From Candidatus Hungatella pullicola (GTDB lineage: Bacteria > Bacillota > Clostridia > Lachnospirales > Lachnospiraceae), in the NCBI GenBank assembly GCA_019114305.1, contig DXFU01000087.1, positions 616 through 64,615 of the forward strand: DNA of 64,000 nucleotides, in the 5' to 3' direction. The notes under the pieces were generated by a model. That model searched no databases, had not been told where the DNA came from, and worked only from the letters and a program-made list of their open reading frames with translations. Positions 18,424-27,142 of this stretch are shown in pieces (positions within the stretch are counted from its first letter, which is position 1; every line of letters starts with the position of its first letter). Position numbers and translations under genes: made by a program.

Positions 18424-19834
18424 TAAGTACCGCGCAAAGGCTGTGAAATTTCCGGCCTCCCACTTCTCTGGCCAAGGCCGTAAAAATCTTCTCTTCCTTA
18501 TAAGAAAGTTTTTCTGCTACAGTAACTCTTCTGTCTCCAAAGCCCCTCTCTGTCATCTGTCTGCACAGGGCACCTGCACTGCTCTCTCCCCCCAGAAGGA
18601 CAAAAACGCGTCTGTAATTTTCAAGTGACTGCCAGATATTATCCACTCTTCCATGGAGGGTTACGCAGTGTACATCCTCCCAGCTGGTTTTTAATCTGGC
18701 GCAGAGGTAGGATAAAGAGGAAATCCCCGGAAAGATCTCCGTCTCGTACCGGTCCTCTTGCAGTTTTAAGACTTCTGTCATAGCTCTGGCTCCGCTGTAA
18801 AATCCCGTATCTCCGGAATATAAAACTGATGCTTTTCCGTACTCTTCATGGCTGTTCAGCCAGGCAAGTATTTCTTCTGCCTTGTATATGGATACCCGCT
18901 CCCCCTGAAAACGGGAAATAGGCACAGACTGTATCATACGAGGGGCTCCAAAGATCACCTGACTTTCCATTATCGCTTTGACAGCGGCCTCTGTCATCTG
19001 TCCCTCCCCTCCCATACCGATTCCCACAAGAGAAATTCTTCGTTTCTGTTTTCCCTCCCTTTCCGCCTTGGAAAAATCTCGTTTCAACAGTTCCATTGCT
19101 TCGTTTAATGAGATTCCTTCCTCTTTCACCGGTCTTCCAAGAACCACTGCAGGAATTTGGCAAATCCTGGCAGCTTCCAGCTTTTCCTCAAATCCTCCCG
19201 CTCTTCCGGCTTCTTTTGTCAGGAGACAGCTAATGTTAAGCTGACGGATCATGGCACAGTTCATTTCCACGGAAAAAGGCCCCTGCATAGCAATGAGATG
19301 GCGTCCTTTCAACCCCATATTTTCACAGGCTGCCAGAACCTGAGAAGTGGGAAGCACACGTACAAACAGACGCTCCTCGTAATCTTTAAGGGCCGTCAGT
19401 TCCTTCAGCTCCTTGCTTCCTGTGGTTGCCAGAATGTTTCCCTCTATATTTTTCAAAATCCTTAGGACCTCCTCCCAGTCCCCGGCAAACAGAACCTGAT
19501 CCATAATCCGGGCCTGAGTCTCAAGAGACTGGCGCAGGATGCGACAGTATGGAATCTGTGTTGTCTCACAGGCTTTCTTTACATTTTCACTGACCTTTCT
19601 GGCATAAGGATGAGTGGCATCCAGCACAAGAGATGGATCCCACTCTTTCAAAAAAGCCCTCATTTCTTTTTCATCCATAGCCCCTTCCCGGACCAAACTC
19701 TTCAGCCCCGGATCAAGAACCTGACTTCCATAGACTGTGGCTACGCAGACCACAGCCTGAATCCCCTGTTCCTGACAGTACCCGGCAAGAAGTCTTCCCT
19801 CTGTTGTTCCGCCAAAAATCACAACTTTACACAT
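18392..19834 (-). CDS. cbiJ/cbiE: Fusion protein: cobalt-precorrin-6A reductase (CbiJ) + cobalt-precorrin-7 C5-methyltransferase (CbiE)
   Basis: The N-terminal ~250 aa are CobK/CbiJ-like (VVIFGGTTEG, HPYA, ATTGSKEL, LTKEAG). After a Lys/Glu linker, the C-terminal ~200 aa are a tetrapyrrole methylase (ISLVGIGMGGEGQMT). Confidence 0.8.
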   Translation of the reverse strand: MCKVVIFGGTTEGRLLAGYCQEQGIQAVVCVATVYGSQVLDPGLKSLVREGAMDEKEMRAFLKEWDPSLVLDATHPYARKVSENVKKACETTQIPYCRILRQSLETQARIMDQVLFAGDWEEVLRILKNIEGNILATTGSKELKELTALKDYEERLFVRVLPTSQVLAACENMGLKGRHLIAMQGPFSVEMNCAMIRQLNISCLLTKEAGRAGGFEEKLEAARICQIPAVVLGRPVKEEGISLNEAMELLKRDFSKAEREGKQKRRISLVGIGMGGEGQMTEAAVKAIMESQVIFGAPRMIQSVPISRFQGERVSIYKAEEILAWLNSHEEYGKASVLYSGDTGFYSGARAMTEVLKLQEDRYETEIFPGISSLSYLCARLKTSWEDVHCVTLHGRVDNIWQSLENYRRVFVLLGGESSAGALCRQMTERGFGDRRVTVAEKLSYKEEKIFTALAREVGGRKFHSLCAVLIETGDEESER

Positions 19835-20564
19835 TTCTGTATCCTCTTGGAGTAATCATGCGTCCCTGAATATTTTTTGTATTGGAGCTGCCGATAAACA
19901 CAGTGGTAAACATATCCGCTTCCAAATCTTTTAACTCTTTAAGGGTAAGCACCTCCATAGTCTCTCCCTCTCTCCCAATATTTTTTACCCAGCCGCAGAC
20001 AGTTTCCGGACCTCTCAATGAAAGAACAACATCACAAGCCCATTTTAAATAGTCTGCTCTCTTTTTGCTGGCCGGATTATAGAGACATATAACAAAATCC
20101 GCCTGAGCAGCCGCTCTCAGCCTTTTCTCAATAATCTCCATAGGAGTCAGAAGGTCGCTTAAGCTGATAACCGCAAAATCATGGCCTAAAGGGGCCCCCA
20201 AAAGGGCTCCCCCTCCTAAAGCCGCTGTCACTCCCGGCACCGCCTCTATGTCAAAGGATTCCTCTCCTGCCAGCTGGAAAATAAGGCTGCTCATTCCATA
20301 GACTCCAGAATCCCCGCTGCACACCATGGACACAATTTTTCCCTTTTTTACCAGATCAAGAGCCATCTGACACCGTTCTTTTTCCTGACGCATGGGCGTG
20401 GTCACATATTCTTTCTCCGGAAAATGCTCCCGTACCAGTTGAGCATATACCGTATATCCCACAATCACCTGGCTTTTTTCAAGGGCCCGAACTGCCTTTA
20501 CGGTCATCTGCTCATAGGCACCCGGTCCGATTCCCACAACATATAATTTACCTTTTTGGTTCAT
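19827..20564 (-). CDS. cbiH: Cobalt-factor III / precorrin-3B C17-methyltransferase
   Basis: 245 aa. Tetrapyrrole methylase with the N-terminal motif LYVVGIGPG and the GDSGVYG motif. Confidence 0.88.
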   Translation of the reverse strand: MNQKGKLYVVGIGPGAYEQMTVKAVRALEKSQVIVGYTVYAQLVREHFPEKEYVTTPMRQEKERCQMALDLVKKGKIVSMVCSGDSGVYGMSSLIFQLAGEESFDIEAVPGVTAALGGGALLGAPLGHDFAVISLSDLLTPMEIIEKRLRAAAQADFVICLYNPASKKRADYLKWACDVVLSLRGPETVCGWVKNIGREGETMEVLTLKELKDLEADMFTTVFIGSSNTKNIQGRMITPRGYRNV

Positions 20565-20582
20565 GGTGTCCTCCTATTCTGT

Positions 20583-21656
20583 TTATTCTATCTGTATTTT
20601 TTTATCCACCACAGCTGCCGATACAGTCACTCCGTCCATTGCCCACTTGCCTGTAATCAGCCTGCCTCCTCCCATAAGGCCTGCCTGCCAGACAGCAGCT
20701 CTCTGACACACATTATCCACTCCCGTAATTCCCTTTACAAAAGGTGAAGGTTCAAACTTCCCTTCTGCCATTGAAAGTTCCTGTGAGGAATAAAAAGAAA
20801 GAGGAATCTTACTTTCCCTGGCCCATAAAACAAGTCCCGCCTCCCCTTTCTTCAGATCTATGGAAGCGGCGGCGGCCACGGCTCTTTCATCCAGCTTTTC
20901 CTCTGCCAGAAAAGTTTGAACTGCCCAAGCAATTTTCTCTTTTTCCGTTCCTTTTCGGCATCCAATTCCCAGCACCACTGCCTTTGGAACCAGACGAAGA
21001 AACGAGAATGCCTTCCCCTTTTCTTCTGCTTTCACCGTCACATGAATTTCAGGGCAGCAGACATCCTTTTTCCCCTTTCCATCATCCCATAAAAGTTCTT
21101 CCGGAAGCCTGCCTTCCACAGGAAAGTCACAGTGAAACACGGCCTTTTTCCCTTCCAGAAGTGCTGCGGACACACTCTTTGCCAGAGACATATCGGCAAT
21201 CCAAAGATTGTTTTTCCTGGCAAACTCGTCTACTGCAAACAAACCTCTTCCATCTGTGGCCGTAGTAATAACCGGAACGGCATGACAAATTTCAGCGGCT
21301 TTTTTTGCCAGCTCATTGGCGCCTCCCAAATGACCGGACAAGAGAGAAATGGAAAATTGTCCCAAATCATCCACGACTACAACTGCCGGATCGGTGGTCT
21401 TTTTCTTAACAAACGGCGCAACAGCCCGAACGGCAATGCCGGCGGCACACACAAAGATCAATCCATCCGCCTGGAAAAATTCTCTCTCCGTCCAGTTGGA
21501 AAGAGACTCGTTCAGAGGCAAAACCTTTCCTTCTGCCCCGGCAAACCTGACAGGAGCCCAGACTTTTGCTTTATGCCCTGCCGCCTCAAAGCCCGCTGCC
21601 AGATCTGCTCCAAGCCGGGCTCCTTTTTCACTGAAGGAAATCAGAGAAATTATCAT
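20583..21656 (-). CDS. cbiG: Cobalt-precorrin-5A hydrolase
   Basis: 357 aa with a CbiG-like N- and C-domain organisation, located between cbiF and cbiH. Confidence 0.85.
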   Translation of the reverse strand: MIISLISFSEKGARLGADLAAGFEAAGHKAKVWAPVRFAGAEGKVLPLNESLSNWTEREFFQADGLIFVCAAGIAVRAVAPFVKKKTTDPAVVVVDDLGQFSISLLSGHLGGANELAKKAAEICHAVPVITTATDGRGLFAVDEFARKNNLWIADMSLAKSVSAALLEGKKAVFHCDFPVEGRLPEELLWDDGKGKKDVCCPEIHVTVKAEEKGKAFSFLRLVPKAVVLGIGCRKGTEKEKIAWAVQTFLAEEKLDERAVAAAASIDLKKGEAGLVLWARESKIPLSFYSSQELSMAEGKFEPSPFVKGITGVDNVCQRAAVWQAGLMGGGRLITGKWAMDGVTVSAAVVDKKIQIE

Positions 21657-21657
21657 T

Positions 21658-22419
21658 TTATGTCTCTCTCCCTAATCGAAATTCCGTGGTAAAGTCCGGA
21701 TCATAAAGTTTAGACCGTTCATAACCCTTTTGAGCTACGGCCTCTCCCACTATAATCAAAGCTGTTTTATAAATTCCTTCCTTTAAGGCCTCCTCTGCCA
21801 TGGTTCCTACCGTACACCTGATTACCTTTTCCTGCGGCCATGTTGCCCTATAAACCACGGCTGCGGGAGTATCCGAGCTGTATCCCCCTTCCACCAGCTC
21901 TCCTGCCAGTTTCTCCAGCATACCTGCACTTAAAAAAATAACCATAGTGGCCTGGTGGGAAGCAAAGCTTCTTACAGATTCCTTATCTGGCACAGGAGTT
22001 CTCCCTGCCATACGGGTAATTACCACACTTTGAGATATCTCCGGAAGCGTATATTCCATCTCAAGGGCTGCCGCCGCTCCGCAGAAAGAACTGACTCCCG
22101 GACAGATTTCATAAGGAATGCCTCGCTCCTCAAAGGCATCCATCTGTTCCCGGATTGCCCCATAGATACAGGGATCTCCTGTATGAAGACGAACTGTCAT
22201 ATGTCCCATTTTTTCCGCCTGCTCCACAGTCTCCACCACCTGCTCCAGAGTCATGGAAGCGCTGTCATACACCTGGCAGCTGCTTTTTCTATATTCCAGA
22301 AGTTCCCTGTTTACCAGAGAACCTGCATAGATAATGATGTCCGCATTCTCCAGCAGTTTTCTTCCCCTCACAGTAATCAAATCCGCTGCTCCCGGTCCTG
22401 CTCCTACAATATATACCAT
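21658..22419 (-). CDS. cbiF: Cobalt-precorrin-4 C11-methyltransferase
   Basis: 253 aa with VYIVGAGPGAADLITVRG and HTGDPCIYG. Confidence 0.9.
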   Translation of the reverse strand: MVYIVGAGPGAADLITVRGRKLLENADIIIYAGSLVNRELLEYRKSSCQVYDSASMTLEQVVETVEQAEKMGHMTVRLHTGDPCIYGAIREQMDAFEERGIPYEICPGVSSFCGAAAALEMEYTLPEISQSVVITRMAGRTPVPDKESVRSFASHQATMVIFLSAGMLEKLAGELVEGGYSSDTPAAVVYRATWPQEKVIRCTVGTMAEEALKEGIYKTALIIVGEAVAQKGYERSKLYDPDFTTEFRLGRET

Positions 22420-22475
22420 AATGCCTCCTCTTTCCCGCCATTTTTTATCAGTTCCATTCTTTCCCTATGTATGGT

Positions 22476-23165
22476 CTACGGTACAATAATCAGAGAATAA
22501 TACCCTGGCTGTTCTGGAATTTCTTCTAAAGACAAGTACACCTTCTCATTTTCCATTCCGCAGTTTTCCACCATAAGGGCCTGTCTGCCTCTCTGGATGA
22601 GAAGTTCCTTCAGCCGTCCCATCTGACGTCCGGCCTTCATGTATACCTTGGTTCCAGGCAGGTCTATGGTATCCTCAATTTGATGAGAAGCTGATATAAT
22701 GTGAAGCTGGCCTGAGCCAATGGATAGAGGAGTTAAAAGCTTGGCTGCGCAGGCGCAAAAAGATGGGACTCCGCATTCCATGGAAATTTTAAATCCCCTT
22801 TCTGCTACTTTCTCCATTACATAGGCAAAAGTAGAATATATTGTGACATCCCCCAGAGTGAGGAAGCCAACAGACTGTCCCTTTTCAAGACAGGAGACCA
22901 AAACCTGAGCGGCTTTTTCGTGACTGTCCTGCAGTTTTTTTCTGTCCATGGTCATAGGCATGGGAAGACATAAAATCTCCTGATTCTCTATTTCGGGCAC
23001 TGCCGCCCTGGCAATATTATAAGCTACGCAATTTTCTTTCTTCTCATGGGGAATGGCGATCACCTGACACTGCCGGATCCGTTTTACTGCCTTTAAAGTC
23101 ATAAGCTCCGGATCTCCCGGCCCCACTCCGATTCCGTATAAAATTCCTCTGTTCTGATTCTCCAT
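22476..23165 (-). CDS. cbiL: Cobalt-factor II (precorrin-2) C20-methyltransferase
   Basis: 229 aa. LYGIGVGPGDPELMTLKA lies right at the N-terminus, so the start cannot be much further downstream. Confidence 0.88.
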   Translation of the reverse strand: MENQNRGILYGIGVGPGDPELMTLKAVKRIRQCQVIAIPHEKKENCVAYNIARAAVPEIENQEILCLPMPMTMDRKKLQDSHEKAAQVLVSCLEKGQSVGFLTLGDVTIYSTFAYVMEKVAERGFKISMECGVPSFCACAAKLLTPLSIGSGQLHIISASHQIEDTIDLPGTKVYMKAGRQMGRLKELLIQRGRQALMVENCGMENEKVYLSLEEIPEQPGYYSLIIVP

Positions 23166-24354
23166 ACTCTCTTTCTTTTCTCTCCTGTTCTGTTGTCTGT
23201 CCTTTCAGCCTTTCTATAAGGCTGTCCGCTCCCCGACTTTTTCCCAGAAGGCCCAGATCCTGAGAAAAAAATACAGTTTCTGCTTTTATCCGGTTCCCCG
23301 ACCATTTTCCCAGCCAAAACGAAGCAGTTTGGGCTGCGTCAGCCATAGTCTGCAACAAAATGCCGGCCTGCCTCAGCAAAACAGCTGCCTCTTCCGTTGT
23401 ATTAGATTCTAAAATTTTCTTTTTTAGAATTTCCTTTTCTTCTGCTTTTACATAGTTTCTGGCAAAGGACCAGATGGCTTCCATGCGCCCATCCCCAAAT
23501 TTAGAATGAGTATTTTTCATCCCTGCAGCCACCTTGATCAGCTTTCCCGCATGTCCGACAAAAAGCACTTCCTGGATTCCTTCTTTAGCTGCAGCCTCCA
23601 CAGCCCAGGCCGCAAAGTTGCTGCACTGGATCCCAAAGTCCAAAGAAAATCCCAGCTGTTCCCTGACAAAAGTTTCCCCATAATTTCCCGGTGTCAGAAT
23701 GAGCCGCTTTACGCCTTCCACCGCTTTCATATGAATCTCCAGGGAAATAGTAGCCATAAGAGCCGCCTCGCTCATAGGTTCTACCACCCCAGTGGTGCCC
23801 AGTATAGAAATTCCTCCAACAATGCCAAGTCTGGGGTTAAAGGTTTTTTGGGCCAAGTCAGCTCCTTGGGGCGCCCAGATCCGAATTAGAAGCGGATAAG
23901 AAAGCTCCCTGCCCGCCATCACCTCATCTACCTGGCGAAAAATCATCTGCCTGGGAACAGGATTAATGGCCGGCTTACCTGGCGGACAGGCAAGCCCCGG
24001 CTTTGTAACCTTCCCAATCCCCTCCCCGCCTGTAAGATACAGAGGAGCGTTCCCTTCATACCGGTAAAACCACGGTTTCTCCTCTCCCCGATATATCTCT
24101 ACAGACGCAAAAATCAGGGTCTGATCCGTTACATCGGGATCATCCCCTGCATCCTTTTTCACAGCACAGGAGGCCTTTTCCTCTTCTCTCACAACATGAA
24201 AAAGGGGCAGATTGGCCTCCGTCCCTTTTGGCGTCTGAATCTTTACATAGTCCGGTTTCTTTCCCTTAAGCAGCATAATAGCGGCCGCCTTCGCAGCTCC
24301 AGCCGCACAGGTTCCCGTAGTAAAACCGCTTCTAAGCTTTTTCTCTGCTCCCAT
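23044..24354 (-). CDS. cbiD: Cobalt-precorrin-5B C1-methyltransferase
   Basis: 436-aa ORF with an N-terminal LRSGFTTGTCAAGAAKAA motif. The canonical CbiD core ends near residue ~375. The remaining tail runs 122 nt into cbiL in another frame. Confidence 0.88.
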   Translation of the reverse strand: MGAEKKLRSGFTTGTCAAGAAKAAAIMLLKGKKPDYVKIQTPKGTEANLPLFHVVREEEKASCAVKKDAGDDPDVTDQTLIFASVEIYRGEEKPWFYRYEGNAPLYLTGGEGIGKVTKPGLACPPGKPAINPVPRQMIFRQVDEVMAGRELSYPLLIRIWAPQGADLAQKTFNPRLGIVGGISILGTTGVVEPMSEAALMATISLEIHMKAVEGVKRLILTPGNYGETFVREQLGFSLDFGIQCSNFAAWAVEAAAKEGIQEVLFVGHAGKLIKVAAGMKNTHSKFGDGRMEAIWSFARNYVKAEEKEILKKKILESNTTEEAAVLLRQAGILLQTMADAAQTASFWLGKWSGNRIKAETVFFSQDLGLLGKSRGADSLIERLKGQTTEQERKEREYGESEQRNFIRNRSGAGRSGAYDFKGSKTDPAVSGDRHSP

Positions 24355-24377
24355 GGCCTCTCCTTTTCTTGACCTAC

Positions 24378-24406
24378 ATTATAAAAGATTTTTTCCTGGG
24401 ACGCAA
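24378..24406 (-). promoter_or_regulatory. Candidate sigma-A promoter of the cob operon
   Basis: The minus strand reads TTGCGT (24406-24401), a 17-nt spacer, then TATAAT (24383-24378). The predicted leader is only ~17 nt and contains the RBS AAAGGAGAGG. Confidence 0.55.
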
Positions 24407-24411
24407 GATTT

Positions 24412-24651
24412 TTATTCTTCCTGCTGCTCCTGCCGGTCCAGAGCCTGCTGTTTCAGCTCCCTTTTTCTCTTGGTAATCAGCCCGCCAATCTTGCCGCTTT
24501 CTTTGGCCGTCAGACTTCTCCAGCCTCCCTGTATTACCTTATCCCCCAGTCCCAGTTCTGTGGCAATCTCAAATTTTAAAATTTCCTCCGGCTTTAAATT
24601 CCTTGGATCGAAGGGCTTATCCTTTTTTCCTTTTGACATAATAACAGGCAT
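24412..24651 (-). CDS. Small acid-soluble spore protein, alpha/beta type
   Basis: FEIATELGLGDKV...LTAKESGKIGGLITKR matches the alpha/beta SASP pattern. The start is ATG 24651 (only 1 nt after GGAG) or ATG 24639 (13 nt after it). Confidence 0.8.
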   Translation of the reverse strand: MPVIMSKGKKDKPFDPRNLKPEEILKFEIATELGLGDKVIQGGWRSLTAKESGKIGGLITKRKRELKQQALDRQEQQEE

Positions 24652-24682
24652 ACTCCTTTCAATTATTTGAAAAGAGTATGCC
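24647..24682 (-). terminator. 14-bp hairpin after pspC paralogue 2 that includes the SASP RBS and first ATG
   Basis: Minus-strand RNA: GGCAUACUCUUUUC-AAAUAAUU-GAAAGGAGUAUGCC (one G-U pair), followed by UGUUAUUAUG. Confidence 0.5.
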
Positions 24683-24708
24683 CCAAATCCGTTTTTCCTA
24701 AACCCGTT

Positions 24709-24894
24709 TTAGTTTCTTCTTGGTATAATCACCGCCGCTATAATATAAGCTAAAATCCCTGGGCCGGAACAGGCCAGCACTGCCCATAAAAGGCGAATCA
24801 AAGTAGGATCGATATTAAAATATTCCCCAATTCCCCCGCAGACTCCGCAGAGCATTTTATTGGTATCTGATCTGTATAATCTCTTGTCATTCAT
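24709..24894 (-). CDS. PspC-domain membrane protein (paralogue 2)
   Basis: 61 aa. LYRSDTNKMLCGVCGGIGEYFNIDPTLIRLLWAVLA is the PspC/stress-responsive transcription-activator domain signature. Confidence 0.85.
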   Translation of the reverse strand: MNDKRLYRSDTNKMLCGVCGGIGEYFNIDPTLIRLLWAVLACSGPGILAYIIAAVIIPRRN

Positions 24895-24940
24895 GAAAGC
24901 CTTCTCCCCTTTCTCCTAAATATTGCGTATTTTATGGCTG

Positions 24941-25882
24941 TCAGTTTTCTTGAAACTCAATATTCACGCTTCCCACATCGCAGCCTAAATCCATCTCTCT
25001 GGGAGCGTTGTTATCAATCCACCGGCTGCTTTCCAGGCCGCCGTAACTGACTCCATCTATAGTAATAGAGCCAAGGGACGAATTCAGCTTATAATTGTAA
25101 TCGGATGGCTCTCCCTCCAAAATCATCTCCAAGGATCCCACATCCACCTCAGCTTCTATATTCCCCGTCACCTGACCATGAAGCTCTATGGTTCCCACAT
25201 CACAGCCTGCAGACAGTTCCTCTGCCCTTATCTGGTCCGCCTGAATAACGCCTACATCCAGCTGAAGATCCAGACTTCCAAACTCTCCCTCAGTAAAAAC
25301 AAGGGTTCCGTTGTCCACTTCCGCCTTCAGGGACTGGGCATCTACAGAGTCAACCTCCACATAGGGGGCATTGTCTTTCCTTCCCCAACGGAATCTGTCT
25401 TCCTTATTAATTTCCAAATCCACCTGGGAGAAAGAAAAGTCTTCCGGCACCTCAATAAACACCACGCCTCCGGTATAATCTGAAAAGTCCAACGTTTTCG
25501 GCCTCACTGCTACGTTCAAAGTATCGTACTCTAAATGACAGTTCCAATAGTCTTTAGGGGCATTGCTGTATACTTCCACTGTGTCCGTACCTGCACCTGT
25601 CAAAACAATCACATCACCCCAGTCAGATTCCAGATGAAGGTTTCTTACCATATCCGTTCCAAAAACCACACGGTCATCTAAATAATCATCTGAAAGACGT
25701 TCAAATGGATATCCATGGCTTCGCACTCCCCACCATTCTTCCAGCCGTCTCCCTGCTTCGGAACCTCTCTCCAGCCAGCTGCCGGAAGCAGCTCCCATAA
25801 TCATAGAAACTGCCGCCACAACACCACCTGCCACCATACAGATCACGCCTGCCGCAATGCAGATTTTTGTGAATTTCTTCAT
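24941..25882 (-). CDS. Membrane-anchored DUF4097 (LiaG/YvlB-like putative adhesin, beta-helix repeat) protein
   Basis: N-terminal TM helix, then repeated D-x-G-x-(I/L/V) beta-strand repeats (DVGVIQ, DVGTIEL, DVGSLEM, DVGSVNI). Confidence 0.7.
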   Translation of the reverse strand: MKKFTKICIAAGVICMVAGGVVAAVSMIMGAASGSWLERGSEAGRRLEEWWGVRSHGYPFERLSDDYLDDRVVFGTDMVRNLHLESDWGDVIVLTGAGTDTVEVYSNAPKDYWNCHLEYDTLNVAVRPKTLDFSDYTGGVVFIEVPEDFSFSQVDLEINKEDRFRWGRKDNAPYVEVDSVDAQSLKAEVDNGTLVFTEGEFGSLDLQLDVGVIQADQIRAEELSAGCDVGTIELHGQVTGNIEAEVDVGSLEMILEGEPSDYNYKLNSSLGSITIDGVSYGGLESSRWIDNNAPREMDLGCDVGSVNIEFQEN

Positions 25883-26643
25883 CTCTTTTGCCCCCTTCCA
25901 TGAATCAGGCTGCCTGCCAGATTAACACAGCTTCTTAACAGCCATGGAACAAATTTTCCGTAGAAAACGGCGCAGAAAGCGATTCCCAACAAACCCGTGC
26001 CAAAGAGAAATAGTCCGCAGCCCAAAAGAAGGCTTCCTGTCATTACATCCACCAGCAGGAAGCAGATTCCCCCTACTACCAGGCCAATACCGCCTGCCAG
26101 AAGACCAAAGGTAACACCGCCTACCAAAAGTAAGGCTGTCAGCACCATTCCAAAAACTCCGCTGATCACCCCTACAATTCCTCCTCCTATGCTAAGAAGC
26201 ACCGGCGCTGCTGCAATAATAAGAAGAATCCAGGCTACAGTTTTGGCCGTATTTCTCTTTGTCTCTTTCTTTGACCCATCAACGGATTGTCCTTCCCCAG
26301 CTTTATCCTCGGTAAATGTCTGCTTCTCTCCTGATTTCCCAAACTCTCTTACCTCAGGGAGGTCAAAACGCTCTGCCATTTCATAACCTGGATTCTTAAA
26401 CCGTTGGTCCTGATAGCCGGTTTCTGTAAATTCCCCTCCATCCTCCAGATTCCCAGACAGATCAGAGCGGATTATGGAAGCTATCCTTTCAGGACTTCCA
26501 AACTCCCGTATCACCTGTTCCTCATTATCAGGACCTGCCTCTTCCAGATAATCGCTGTAATAACTTATGGCATCTTTCTTGTCCTCCTCAGAAATGTCAG
26601 ACAAAAGATATTCCAGCTCTTTCATAAACTCAACCCTGTTCAT
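25879..26643 (-). CDS. DUF1700-family membrane protein (PadR-associated sensor-like)
   Basis: The N-terminus MNRVEFMKELEYLLSDISEEDKKDAISYYSDYLEEAG...GSPERIASII is typical of DUF1700. The C-terminus has Gly-rich TM helices. 4-nt overlaps occur on both sides. Confidence 0.7.
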   Translation of the reverse strand: MNRVEFMKELEYLLSDISEEDKKDAISYYSDYLEEAGPDNEEQVIREFGSPERIASIIRSDLSGNLEDGGEFTETGYQDQRFKNPGYEMAERFDLPEVREFGKSGEKQTFTEDKAGEGQSVDGSKKETKRNTAKTVAWILLIIAAAPVLLSIGGGIVGVISGVFGMVLTALLLVGGVTFGLLAGGIGLVVGGICFLLVDVMTGSLLLGCGLFLFGTGLLGIAFCAVFYGKFVPWLLRSCVNLAGSLIHGRGQKR

Positions 26644-26960
26644 ATGTGCGCCTCCTCAAAAATCTTGGAAATTTTGCCGGAATAGCTGGACCATTCTCCT
26701 TTATAAAGTCCCAGCTGAACTCTGCCCTTTTCTGTGATTTTATAATATCGGCGGTTCCTGCCGTCAATTGCCTGGTCGTATACTTCCAGGCACTCTTCCT
26801 TTTGAAGCCGGCGCAGTACAGGATAAAGAGTCGACTCTGAAACATCAATGGCCTGCCGTATATCCTGAGTAATCTTGTATCCGTAGGTTCCTTCCTCATC
26901 CCTTGATACCACCGCCAGAACCACCGCATCCAAAAGGGCTGCTCCTGTATTAAATACCAT
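26640..26960 (-). CDS. PadR-family transcriptional regulator
   Basis: LLDAVVLAVV...GTYGYKITQDI...STLYPVLRRLQKEECL...RRYYKITEKG matches PadR. I placed the start at ATG 26960 (RBS AAAGGAAG). Confidence 0.88.
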   Translation of the reverse strand: MVFNTGAALLDAVVLAVVSRDEEGTYGYKITQDIRQAIDVSESTLYPVLRRLQKEECLEVYDQAIDGRNRRYYKITEKGRVQLGLYKGEWSSYSGKISKIFEEAHI

Positions 26961-27142
26961 ATATGTTCTTCCTTTCTCTGCTGATATTAACCCTCCATGC
27001 CCTTCCCCAAAAGCCATCCTGGACTGCAGCCCACATGCCGTTATTTATGAAAGTTTGTTGAAGGGCACTTGGCATCCCCGAACAGATGCTGTCTGCCAGC
27101 GGCAGACTTTCATTGTAAGTTTGTTTTGCCGGGAACTTAAAT

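Noticed and set aside
23099-23317. 72-aa ORF in the third frame across the cbiD/cbiL junction.
   Set aside because: It has no RBS and is nested in two supported genes. It is most likely a by-product of the purine-rich junction sequence.
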